From NCBI GenBank assembly GCA_016784545.1, contig JADHUM010000006.1, positions 2,142-66,141 on the forward strand: a DNA stretch of 64,000 nt, in the 5' to 3' direction. Of this stretch, positions 27,301 through 36,063 are shown one piece after another. The position numbers were made by a program, and so were the translations under genes. The stretch's first letter is position 1. Each line of letters opens with the position of its first letter. The stretch is from Fidelibacterota bacterium (GTDB lineage Bacteria > Fidelibacterota > UBA8477 > JABMPR01). The notes under the pieces were generated by a model. It made no database searches. It was given only the letters and a program-made list of their open reading frames with translations, and was not told the DNA's origin.

Positions 27301-28655
27301 AGCGCTTTTCTAATTTTTACTGCGAACATTCCATCCATATCATGACGCCACGGTAATGTAGACAACGCACCTCTTTCATCAATGTATGGTTTCAGGTTTT
27401 CATGTTCAATAGCTTCAACACTGGCCTGATCTAAATGTTCTAGTACCGAATCAATTAACTCCCAATTTTCATCAGGTTCCAGGGTACAGGTGGCATATAC
27501 CAGTAAACCACCAGGTGCTAAATATTTCCAGCTATTTGTGAGAATATTTGATTGAATACCAGTCAGAGATATGATATCCAAAGCTTGACGTTTCCACCTG
27601 GCATCAGGACGGCGATTTAAGACCCCAGTTCCAGAACAAGGTACGTCTAAGAGGATTTTGTTGGCTGCTGGCAATGGTGCAACGGCCGCATCCAATTCAA
27701 GTACTTCAATCTGTTTCAACCCCAGCCGTAAAATATTCTCCCGCACTTTTGCCAATCTTGAGTGGCTGGCATCGCAGGCGATTATTTTCGCCTGTCCCCC
27801 AGACAGTTCAGAGATAAATGCCATTTTTCCACCTGGTGCTGAACAGGCATCAACTATGGTATCCCCTGATTCAGGATCGATTAAGGATGCAACAAGACCA
27901 GCTGCAAGATCCTGGAATGAAAACCATCCCCCATGAAATTCTTTTGTGCTAAACAGGGATGAGGCGCTTCCTATTTCGTAGAACACATCTAAGACATCTG
28001 ATTTTTTATGTTTTATATCCAAACCATCCAGAAAAGACTCAAAATCTTCAGCACCTACAATTTGAATATTTCGTCTGATCCATGTTTTGGGAGCCGTATT
28101 GTTATGGCTACATAGGGCAGACACTTCATCAAGTGGATACCTGGATATCCATTTTTCCAGAAGCCACTGAGGATGTGAGGTCTCAATGGATAATCGGTCC
28201 ATCTCATCTTCGTAGTGGTTCAATAAATCTTTGAGTTCCAGTGATTGAATTTTACGGAGAACTGCATTCACAAGCCCGCTGGCCTGAGATTGTTTAACCT
28301 TTCTGCTCAAGGCAACCGTTTCATTGATGGCTGCGTGTTCAGAAGTCTGCATGTATTTGAGCTGAAATGCTCCCATGCGGAGGAGACTCTTAACTGAGTG
28401 TTGAGCTTTGCGGTAGCGACCTTTAAAGGCCATCTCAATCCAGGCATCCAACTGGAGTTTCATCCGCGTCACACCATAGACCAGCTCCATAATCCAGCGT
28501 TTTTCCTGTTGTGTTAGTTCACCTTGCTGGAGAAAGGTGGAGAGGAGCTCATCAATTCCTGTTGATTGGTCCTTCTCAGCTGCTAGAAGCGCCTTATAGG
28601 CCAATTCGCGTGGTGAACTAGCCAAGCGTTTCACCAATTTCAATTGGATATCCAC
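27297..28655 (-). CDS. rsmB: 16S rRNA m5C967 methyltransferase with NusB-like N-terminus (start probably near TTG 28625)
   Basis: GLVNAVLR, SHPQWL, FQDLAA, DACSAPGGK, LLDVPCSGTG, YATCT, DGMF. Confidence 0.93.
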   Translation of the reverse strand: MDIQLKLVKRLASSPRELAYKALLAAEKDQSTGIDELLSTFLQQGELTQQEKRWIMELVYGVTRMKLQLDAWIEMAFKGRYRKAQHSVKSLLRMGAFQLKYMQTSEHAAINETVALSRKVKQSQASGLVNAVLRKIQSLELKDLLNHYEDEMDRLSIETSHPQWLLEKWISRYPLDEVSALCSHNNTAPKTWIRRNIQIVGAEDFESFLDGLDIKHKKSDVLDVFYEIGSASSLFSTKEFHGGWFSFQDLAAGLVASLIDPESGDTIVDACSAPGGKMAFISELSGGQAKIIACDASHSRLAKVRENILRLGLKQIEVLELDAAVAPLPAANKILLDVPCSGTGVLNRRPDARWKRQALDIISLTGIQSNILTNSWKYLAPGGLLVYATCTLEPDENWELIDSVLEHLDQASVEAIEHENLKPYIDERGALSTLPWRHDMDGMFAVKIRKAL

Positions 28656-29556
28656 GCAGATATGATGCTACATCCATCGCTTTTTTACTCTCGGGCTGGA
28701 TGGACACAATCTCAAGCGCATCTTCCTGGCAAGCGACTGTAAAGGAATCGTCTGATATGTTAATAATAGTGCCTGGAATCCCATGACCTGCAACCTTCCG
28801 GGATGACAATATTTTAAGCAGAGCACCATCTCGATAGGTGTAGGCACCTGGTGTGGGTGCAAATGCCCTGATTCGATTGTGACACTGCTCAGCACTTTCA
28901 TCGAAGTGTAAAAGTCGGGTTTCTGAAGTAACTTTTGGAGCTGGACTCGCCAGGCTATTGTCCTGCTCACCGGCAAGAGCGGTACCCATGGAAATAAGGT
29001 TGGTAGTCTCCACGACCAGGTCAGCACCCAAATTACATAATTTTGTATACAGAGTATGCAGATTGTCTTCTGGAAGGATAGGAGTCGTCGCCTGCATGAT
29101 AATATTTCCAGTATCCACTTTTCGCTTTAGAAAAAATGTGGTTAGACCCGTTTCAGAATCCCCATTCAAAAGCGCCCAGTAAATGGGGGCCGCTCCCCGA
29201 TATTTGGGGAGCAGGGAAGCATGGAGATTGAAAGATCCATATTTGGGGAGGGTGAAGACTGCCTCGGGCAAGATTCTAAAGGCCACCACAACAATCACAT
29301 CGGGGGCATATCCTTTGAGAGTCTCAATAAAATCAGGCTCTGTGAGTTTTTCTGGCTGGAGTATTGGCAGATTGTATTCCAGGGCAGCTGATTTAACAGC
29401 AGAAGGCCTCTCGCGCCGCCCTCTGCCCTGCTGCTTGTCTGGAACTGTTACAACAGCCTGGATAGAGTGGGGGCTCTCGTTCAAGGCTTTGAGAGCAGGT
29501 ACTGCAAAATCAGGCGTTCCCATGAAGATTACTTTTAATGGTGTTGAATTATTCAT
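28618..29556 (-). CDS. fmt: Methionyl-tRNA formyltransferase
   Basis: IFMGTPDFAV, VVTVPD, NLHASLLPKYRGAAPI, DTG, RIRAF. Confidence 0.97.
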   Translation of the reverse strand: MNNSTPLKVIFMGTPDFAVPALKALNESPHSIQAVVTVPDKQQGRGRRERPSAVKSAALEYNLPILQPEKLTEPDFIETLKGYAPDVIVVVAFRILPEAVFTLPKYGSFNLHASLLPKYRGAAPIYWALLNGDSETGLTTFFLKRKVDTGNIIMQATTPILPEDNLHTLYTKLCNLGADLVVETTNLISMGTALAGEQDNSLASPAPKVTSETRLLHFDESAEQCHNRIRAFAPTPGAYTYRDGALLKILSSRKVAGHGIPGTIINISDDSFTVACQEDALEIVSIQPESKKAMDVASYLRGYPIEIGETLG

Positions 29557-29659
29557 AATGTTTCAGACCATATTGCCTCAATTAAGAGGACAGGCAGCTG
29601 GCTCAAGTTCCAGTCCAACCATGAGTAGCACTTGTTATTGATGGGGTGCTCAGGCTACT

Positions 29660-30199
29660 CTAGAGCTCAAAGTTTTCAGATGCTTCGACTTCTATTTCCC
29701 CGCTGGCAATCTTTTTAAGCGTTTTCTTGAGAAGTGATTTCTTCAATGAGCTCAAGTGATCAATAAAAAGTGTCTTTTCTAGATGATCATACTCATGTTG
29801 AATGACTCTGGCGAGGTAACCGTCAATTTCTTCATCGAAGTGTTTGCCATTCATATCCTGATAGGTAATTCTGATACTGGTTGGACGGGTAACAATTTCA
29901 CGCACGGTAGGAACGCTTAGACAACCTTCTTCGTACTCATCGTTCTCATCGCCAAACTCAATAATCTGGGGATTGACAAAGACTCGTCTACCCTCTTCCT
30001 CATCTATGGGAGAAAGATCGATAACAAATAGTCGAATGGATTTATCAACCTGTGGTGCGGCCAAACCAATTCCTTCCGCGGCATACATGGTTTCAAACAT
30101 ATTGGCGACAATTTTCCTCAAATCGTCATCAATCTGAGGAATCTTCTCAGTCTTTGTCCTGAGGACTTGCTTGCCGTAGGTTTGAATTTGGTACACCAT
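29660..30199 (-). CDS. def: Peptide deformylase
   Basis: GIGLAAPQV, EGCLS, QHEYDHL. Confidence 0.97.
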   Translation of the reverse strand: MVYQIQTYGKQVLRTKTEKIPQIDDDLRKIVANMFETMYAAEGIGLAAPQVDKSIRLFVIDLSPIDEEEGRRVFVNPQIIEFGDENDEYEEGCLSVPTVREIVTRPTSIRITYQDMNGKHFDEEIDGYLARVIQHEYDHLEKTLFIDHLSSLKKSLLKKTLKKIASGEIEVEASENFEL

Positions 30200-30204
30200 A
30201 GAAA

Positions 30205-30516
30205 CTATTTGGTTTTCACCGTAGTGACGGCAGATCTTCCAACATGTAATTTGGTATCAGTAGCTGTTTTCACCAAAAGAATATCATTGTCTTTGATACC
30301 TTCGATGGTGCCATGAATTCCGCCAGCGGTGACAATATGGTCACCCTTCTTGAGTTCTGTGCGCATTTTTTCAGCCTCTTTTGCACGTTTCGTCTGAGGT
30401 CTGATGAGTAAAAAGTAGAATACACCGAACATCAGTATAATAGGGAGGAAACTCAAGATTGGGTTTCCAGCTTCTCCGCCTGATGGGGATGCCATAAGCA
30501 TAATGTTTGCAATCAT
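30205..30516 (-). CDS. yajC: Preprotein translocase subunit YajC
   Basis: FYFLLIRPQ, LKKGDHIVTAGGIHG. Confidence 0.95.
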   Translation of the reverse strand: MIANIMLMASPSGGEAGNPILSFLPIILMFGVFYFLLIRPQTKRAKEAEKMRTELKKGDHIVTAGGIHGTIEGIKDNDILLVKTATDTKLHVGRSAVTTVKTK

Positions 30517-30556
30517 AATAATGTTAAAACTCCTCTATAATTAAAAAAACCTCGAC

Positions 30557-30585
30557 AATCTAAACGAGGGTTAAGATCATTCCAA
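30557..30585 (-). promoter_or_regulatory. Putative sigma70 promoter of the yajC-def-fmt operon
   Basis: Minus strand TTGGAA-N17-TAGATT; shares CGTTTAGATT with the rplM promoter. Confidence 0.55.
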
Positions 30586-30674
30586 CCTGCAACAACTATG
30601 CAGCACATTAATTCCTGATAATTGATGACCCATAATACAAGGTCAACAGGAAATGCTGCAACTAATGTGTAAAG

Positions 30675-31100
30675 CTACAATATTTCGAGGCAGTCTTCCC
30701 ACCACGCTCCAAAACTCCGTGTTTTATGGACGATGGCTTCAATGCTACAAAGCGCTGGAGCGACTGCAACTGTGGTCTCCACGGCTTTATAGCGCACATC
30801 CATTTCAATCCATAACGCATCAAGTTGGTTAGTAGCCTGGTTGGCAACAGCAGCAGCGGCACCGAAGGCGAATCCGAGATCTTCATTTTCACTATTACGA
30901 TGTCCCAGGATCCTGATTTTAAGCGTTCTCCCGTACATAATATCATCAACCACCTCAGCGGAAATGATGGTTGGAGCCGTTCTATTCCTGGCAAAATATT
31001 TTTCTACGGTACTGGCTAAATATCGATCCTGAATCTGGGCAGAGAGCAGGATTGGGAGTAGCATCAAGATTGAAAATAAATATTTGAAGTGTCTATTCAA
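30675..31100 (-). CDS. Hypothetical secreted protein (141 aa)
   Basis: Signal peptide MNRHFKYLFSILMLLPILLSA; fills the intergenic space; no family recognised. Confidence 0.75.
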   Translation of the reverse strand: MNRHFKYLFSILMLLPILLSAQIQDRYLASTVEKYFARNRTAPTIISAEVVDDIMYGRTLKIRILGHRNSENEDLGFAFGAAAAVANQATNQLDALWIEMDVRYKAVETTVAVAPALCSIEAIVHKTRSFGAWWEDCLEIL

Positions 31101-31241
31101 TGGACGACCCTTTCATAGGTAATTTTTGCGGTGCATGGTACAATTATAGGCTGAGTTTACATCAATAAGCCATGAATATCAAATAATTATTTTGACAAAC
31201 ACTATGGCAGTATTCCAAACGAAATAGTGCCCTTTTTACCT

Positions 31242-31306
31242 TGATTATCATTCAATAATCACTTGCAGCCGTATCGTTTGAATCTATATTAAACAGTAAT
31301 GATTAC
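31242..31306 (+). promoter_or_regulatory. Putative peroxiredoxin promoter flanked by Fur/PerR-like boxes
   Basis: TGATTAT-N6-ATAATCA inverted repeat (31242-31261), TTGCAG-N16-TATATT (31263-31290), near-palindrome GTAATGATTAC (31296-31306). Confidence 0.45.
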
Positions 31307-31358
31307 TACTTAATTAAATGGGGTGAACCCAAAACAACTAGAGGGAGAAATAAATCAT

Positions 31359-32003
31359 ATGTTAGTTACAAGACCAGCACCAGATTTTAAAGCAACCGCC
31401 ATCATGGGCGATAATTCATTTAAAGAGATCAGTTTAGCTGATTATAAAGGCAAAAAAGTTGTCTTATTCTTTTATCCCCTGGATTTCACATTTGTATGTC
31501 CAACTGAGATTCTAGCTTTTAACCACCGTCTCGCAGACTTTGAAAAGCGTGGTGTGCAGGTAATCGGCTGTTCAGTTGATTCAAAGTGGAGCCACTTTGG
31601 CTGGAAGAACACTGAGATTAAAAAAGGTGGTATCGGTGATATTCAGTATCCGATTCTTGCTGATATTGAAAAGAAAATTGCCAGATCATATGATGTACTC
31701 AAAGGAGCTACACCGGCAGCCGTCTTAACTGAAGATGGTGAAGAAGAAACCACAGTTAATGGCGATGTTGCTTTGAGAGCTTCTTTCCTGATTGATGAGG
31801 AAGGCATTGTTCGTCACGCTGTAATCAATGATTTGCCCCTGGGTAGAAATGTTGATGAGATGCTGCGTATGGTTGATGCACTTGCTTTTAACCAGGAACA
31901 TGGTGAAGTTTGTCCTGCTGGATGGCAGGAAGGTGATGACACAATGCAGGAGAATTTTGCTGGTGTCGCATCTTATCTGGAGAAAAACGCAGATAAGCTC
32001 TAA
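31359..32003 (+). CDS. ahpC: Typical 2-Cys peroxiredoxin (AhpC/Prx1); start reassigned to ATG 31359
   Basis: FYPLDFTFVCPTE and GEVCPAGW; RBS GGGAGA upstream of 31359. Confidence 0.93.
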   Translation: MLVTRPAPDFKATAIMGDNSFKEISLADYKGKKVVLFFYPLDFTFVCPTEILAFNHRLADFEKRGVQVIGCSVDSKWSHFGWKNTEIKKGGIGDIQYPILADIEKKIARSYDVLKGATPAAVLTEDGEEETTVNGDVALRASFLIDEEGIVRHAVINDLPLGRNVDEMLRMVDALAFNQEHGEVCPAGWQEGDDTMQENFAGVASYLEKNADKL

Positions 32004-32022
32004 ATCACAGCTCCACAAAAAT

Positions 32023-32058
32023 AAAAAGAGGCTGTCCAAAAGGGCGGTCTCTTTTTTT
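32023..32058 (+). terminator. Intrinsic terminator after the peroxiredoxin gene
   Basis: AAGAGGCTGTCC-AAAA-GGGCGGTCTCTT followed by a T tract. Confidence 0.85.
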
Positions 32059-32372
32059 ATTATACAGGTAAAACCGAGTTAACTCGCTCTAAAGTTGACT
32101 TCAAAGATGTGCCAATTGAGTATATGGACCACGCCAGGGCTTTAATTTACTCTCACAACGAATCTATCTACACCCTATGGGTTTTGATAGACAAGTCTGA
32201 CGAAGAACACGAATCTACATAAGGCTATTCGTTCTTTTCGTTTACTTCGTTGTAAAAAAGTGGGAGTTAAGCTGTTTGCCTTGGTTGTATCCAATTCCTT
32301 AATGAAAATGAATCTCTATGGATACTACTCGTGACATTTTAGAGAACTCCGAACCAAACATTCCTATATACC

Positions 32373-32410
32373 AAAAGAGGCTGTCTCAGAATTTGAGACA
32401 GCCTCTTTTT
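32373..32410. terminator. Bidirectional intrinsic terminator after frr
   Basis: Perfect 16-bp stem AAAAGAGGCTGTCTCA-GAATT-TGAGACAGCCTCTTTT. Confidence 0.9.
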
Positions 32411-32430
32411 AATGGAAAATAGGTGGCCGA

Positions 32431-32988
32431 TTAAACAGTCATGATATCTTCTTCTTTGGACTTAACCGCAGAATCAATTTCTTTGATATATTTGTCGGTC
32501 ATTTCCTGAACATTTGCTGTGGCTCTTTTAGAATTGTCTTCTGAAATCTCAGAATCCTTTTCAGCCTTTTTGATATGATCATTGGCATCCCGGCGAACAT
32601 TACGAACGCCAACTCGACCTTCTTCGGCCAGCTTATGCATGTGCCGGATAAGCTCCTGGCGACGTTCATCATTTAGAGCAGGAATGGGAATGCGAATATT
32701 GACCCCATCATTTGCTGGATTTAAGCCCAGATCAGCTGCCATGATTGCTTTTTCAATCTCAGCCATAAGACTTTTATCCCAGGGCTGGACGACGATGAGT
32801 CGCGGTTCTGGAACGCTTAAATTTGCGACTTGATTCAGAGGGGTTGGATTACCATAGTAGGGAACTTTAATGTGCTCTACAAGGGTCACAGAGGCTCTGG
32901 CGCTACGTAAACCAGTAAACTCATGTTTGACATGCTCCACAGACATACTCATTCTATGATCGACATCTTTAAACAACTCATTCAGCAT
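32431..32988 (-). CDS. frr: Ribosome recycling factor
   Basis: VPYYGNPTPLNQVA, PWDKS, LGLNP, VRNVRRD. Confidence 0.97.
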   Translation of the reverse strand: MLNELFKDVDHRMSMSVEHVKHEFTGLRSARASVTLVEHIKVPYYGNPTPLNQVANLSVPEPRLIVVQPWDKSLMAEIEKAIMAADLGLNPANDGVNIRIPIPALNDERRQELIRHMHKLAEEGRVGVRNVRRDANDHIKKAEKDSEISEDNSKRATANVQEMTDKYIKEIDSAVKSKEEDIMTV

Positions 32989-33709
32989 GATTACCTCCTA
33001 CTACAGATCCAATGGCAGCGCCTTGTATCACTTTTAATAAATTTCCTGGAATTTCCATATTAAAGACATGAACCGCAAGATTATTTTCGCGACACAGCGC
33101 GAAAGCAGTCTGATCCATTACACGCAAATTTTTATTCATTACTTCATCATAACTTAAATGGGGTAAATATTCAGCGTCTGGGTCCTTTTCGGGATCGGCT
33201 GAATAAATACCCTCTACTCTCGTTCCCTTTAGGAGAACATCTGCTTCGATTTCGACACCCCTTAGGGCAGCAGCAGTATCTGTGGTAAAGAAGGGATTGC
33301 CCGTACCTGCAGCAAATATGACAACTTTTCCTGATTCCAGTTCCTGAATCGCTTTTCTCTGGGAGAAAGGTGCAGCAATTTCATTCATTTCTATGGCTGT
33401 CAGGACACTGGCCTTCATTCCCCTGCGTTTAATGGCATCCCCCAAAGCAACTGCATTGATCACGGTTGCTAACATACCCATATGGTCAGCTGCAACCCGA
33501 TTCATATCTTTGGCTTTTTGAGAGAGTCCACGGAAGATGTTACCTCCCCCGATGACGATGCCAACCTCTACACCCAGGTCTACAACAGCCTGGAGGTCTG
33601 AGGTCATCTGATCCAGGACATGTGTATCAATAGAAAGAGCCGAATCACCTGCAAGCGATTCACCACTTAGTTTAAGGAGTATACGCTTGTAGATCGATCC
33701 GGCTGACAT
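32978..33709 (-). CDS. pyrH: UMP kinase
   Basis: RILLKLSGESL, GGGNIFRG, DHMGMLAT, GTGNPFFTTDTAAALR. Confidence 0.98.
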   Translation of the reverse strand: MSAGSIYKRILLKLSGESLAGDSALSIDTHVLDQMTSDLQAVVDLGVEVGIVIGGGNIFRGLSQKAKDMNRVAADHMGMLATVINAVALGDAIKRRGMKASVLTAIEMNEIAAPFSQRKAIQELESGKVVIFAAGTGNPFFTTDTAAALRGVEIEADVLLKGTRVEGIYSADPEKDPDAEYLPHLSYDEVMNKNLRVMDQTAFALCRENNLAVHVFNMEIPGNLLKVIQGAAIGSVVGGNHAE

Positions 33710-33732
33710 ATTTCCGCCTATATTTTATAGGA

Positions 33733-34344
33733 TTATTCTGCGCTGGCGACGGACTCTCCGACTGCAAAACGCTGAAAGCGTGTTACAGACATATTTTCAC
33801 CAAGGGATGAGATAGTCTCATTTAGCAGATCAGTAATGGTTCTTTCTGGATCTTTTACATAGGGCTGTTCCATGAGAACAACTTCTTTATAGTATTTTTC
33901 CAAACGACCAGTCACAATTTTTTCAACAATGGCTTCAGGTTTGCCTTCATTCAAGGCTTGTACTTTGAAGATTTCTGCCTCTTTATCTAAAGCTTCAGTA
34001 GAAACCTGCTCACGTTTGACAACCTCGGGACCTGCAGCAGCAATATGCATGGCAATGCTATGGCCTAATTCCAAAAATTGGTCAGTCTTGGCAACAAAAT
34101 CAGTCTCACAGGCGATTTCAACCAGAGCCCCAAGCTTACCACCAGCATGGATATAGCTGAAAACCAGACCTTCTTTGGTGGTGCGGCCGGCTTTTTTGGC
34201 AGCCTTTGCCATCCCTTTTTTACGAAGGAGTTCGATTGCCTTTTCAATATTTCCATCGGCTTCAGCAAGTGCTGTTTTGCACTCCATCATGCCGACACCA
34301 GTTTTATCACGCAGCTCTTTTACCGCAGCAGCTGTTATAGCCAT
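33733..34344 (-). CDS. tsf: Elongation factor Ts, short (about 200 aa) form
   Basis: [26 protein letters not shown], single subdomain repeat ending RFQRFAVGE. Confidence 0.97.
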   Translation of the reverse strand: MAITAAAVKELRDKTGVGMMECKTALAEADGNIEKAIELLRKKGMAKAAKKAGRTTKEGLVFSYIHAGGKLGALVEIACETDFVAKTDQFLELGHSIAMHIAAAGPEVVKREQVSTEALDKEAEIFKVQALNEGKPEAIVEKIVTGRLEKYYKEVVLMEQPYVKDPERTITDLLNETISSLGENMSVTRFQRFAVGESVASAE

Positions 34345-34377
34345 TCTACATATTCTCCAGGTTTAAATTTTCGGGTC

Positions 34378-35094
34378 TTAAGCGGTTACTTCTTCAGTTT
34401 CTTTTACGTTGGAAATGCCTTTTGCTTCAAGAATTGCATCAGCAAGGGTTCCCATAAGTAATCGAACTGCCTGAATGGAGTCATCATTTGCTGGAATCGG
34501 AATATCAACTTTACGAGGATCAGTATTTGTATCAACAACAGCTACAATTGGAATTTCCAGTCTAAGAGCCTCAGCAATAGCGATGGTCTCTTTTTTTGCG
34601 TCGACAACAATGACTACATCAGGAAGACGGCGCATATCCTTGATACCACGATGCTGTGTCTGCAAACGATTTCGTTCACGGGTCCGCATCAGCAGCTCTT
34701 TTTTAGTCAAGGTCTCTGCAATGCCACTGGTTTCATCTTTTTCAAGTAAATGTAAGCGTTTGATAGATTTTTTTATGGTCATGAAGTTTGTCAGCGTACC
34801 ACCTAACCAACGTTCAGTTACATGGAACATACCACAGCGATCAGCTTCCTCTTCGACAACGGTCTTTGCAGCTTTTTTCGTGGCTACGAAAAGAACTGAT
34901 CCACCTTTTTTAACTGTCGAGCTTACCAGATCAACAGCTTTATTCAGCTGTTCAATGGTCTTGTACAGATCAATGATGTGAACACCATTTTTCTTGGTGA
35001 AGATATAGTCAGCCATGTTTGGGTCCCAGTTACTGGTCATATGACCAAAATGGGCTCCGGAAGCGAGTAAATCCTCTAGCGAAATATTGCGCAT
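34378..35094 (-). CDS. rpsB: 30S ribosomal protein S2
   Basis: GAHFGH..WDPNM, RWLGGTLTN, DTNTDP, PANDD. Confidence 0.98.
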   Translation of the reverse strand: MRNISLEDLLASGAHFGHMTSNWDPNMADYIFTKKNGVHIIDLYKTIEQLNKAVDLVSSTVKKGGSVLFVATKKAAKTVVEEEADRCGMFHVTERWLGGTLTNFMTIKKSIKRLHLLEKDETSGIAETLTKKELLMRTRERNRLQTQHRGIKDMRRLPDVVIVVDAKKETIAIAEALRLEIPIVAVVDTNTDPRKVDIPIPANDDSIQAVRLLMGTLADAILEAKGISNVKETEEVTA

Positions 35095-35115
35095 TAAAAC
35101 TCCTGAAAAAACTTT

Positions 35116-35511
35116 TTAACGTTTTGAGAACTGATAGGCTTTACGAGCACCGGCCAAACCGTATTTTTTACGCTCTTTCTTACGAGCATCACGGGTCAGC
35201 AGACCGGCTTTTTTCAGCACGGGCCTTAGTTCATTATTATCACCCTGCAGAGCACGTGAAATACCATGCCGAATTGCATAAGCCTGTCCGGACAATCCAC
35301 CACCATTAACATTAATAGAGATATCATATCGACCTGAATTCTCCGTTAACTCTAATGCCTCGTGAACAATCATCCTCAGTGTTTTACGACCGAAATATTC
35401 ATCCAGCTCACGATTGTTAACTTTAATAATGCCCTTGCCAGGGGTCATATAAACGCGAGCAATTGAGCTTTTGCGTTTTCCAGTGGCATAAAATGTAGTT
35501 GATGTACTCAT
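35116..35511 (-). CDS. rpsI: 30S ribosomal protein S9
   Basis: [42 protein letters not shown]. Confidence 0.98.
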   Translation of the reverse strand: MSTSTTFYATGKRKSSIARVYMTPGKGIIKVNNRELDEYFGRKTLRMIVHEALELTENSGRYDISINVNGGGLSGQAYAIRHGISRALQGDNNELRPVLKKAGLLTRDARKKERKKYGLAGARKAYQFSKR

Positions 35512-35514
35512 GGA

Positions 35515-35946
35515 CTAGCCTACCTCGAGTGGTTTTGGTTGTTGTGCCTCATGAGGATGAGAATCACCCTTATAAATTTTCAGCTTCTTGATCTGGGCAC
35601 GACCAAGACGGTTATGTGGGAGCATACCCTTTACTGCATGTTCGAGAATCCGCTCTGGATGTTTCTCGCGCAATTGCTTCAAGGATGTAAACCGAGCTCC
35701 ACCTGGATAGCCACTATGGCGAAAATAAGTTTTTTGTTCTTCTTTATTTCCTGTGACACGAATTTTTTCTGCATTTGTAACAACGATAAAATCACCGCTG
35801 TCAAGGTGGGGAACAAATGTTGGTTTATGCTTTCCCCTCAGGATTTGAGCAATCGTAGTTGAGAGTCTGCCGAGCGTTTTATCAGTTGCATCGACAATCC
35901 ACCACTCTCTTACGATTTCACTTGCTTTTACATTATACGTTTTCAA
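35515..35946 (-). CDS. rplM: 50S ribosomal protein L13 (TTG start)
   Basis: [37 protein letters not shown]. Confidence 0.98.
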   Translation of the reverse strand: MKTYNVKASEIVREWWIVDATDKTLGRLSTTIAQILRGKHKPTFVPHLDSGDFIVVTNAEKIRVTGNKEEQKTYFRHSGYPGGARFTSLKQLREKHPERILEHAVKGMLPHNRLGRAQIKKLKIYKGDSHPHEAQQPKPLEVG

Positions 35947-36002
35947 TTCTATTCCTTCTCATTCTGGATCTATGACCATCTATGGTCACAAAAAAGCGAC
36001 CT

Positions 36003-36031
36003 AATCTAAACGGCGCCCTGTGGCATGTCAA
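36003..36031 (-). promoter_or_regulatory. sigma70 promoter of the rplM-rpsI-rpsB-tsf-pyrH-frr operon
   Basis: Minus strand TTGACA (36031-36026) - 17 nt - TAGATT (36008-36003), about 57 nt upstream of the rplM start. Confidence 0.8.
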
Positions 36032-36063
36032 ACATAATTTCCCAGTTAAAAAATCCAGATTTT

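Noticed and set aside
30543-30572. Hairpin plus U7 as a stand-alone terminator upstream of yajC
   Set aside because: The stem is weak (10-nt loop, bulge) and overlaps a well-spaced -35/-10 promoter; kept as a promoter, although a dual role is possible
33733-34344. Truncated or pseudogenised tsf
   Set aside because: The roughly 200-aa single-repeat EF-Ts is a known intact form (as in Thermus and cyanobacteria); the ORF has intact motifs and a normal end
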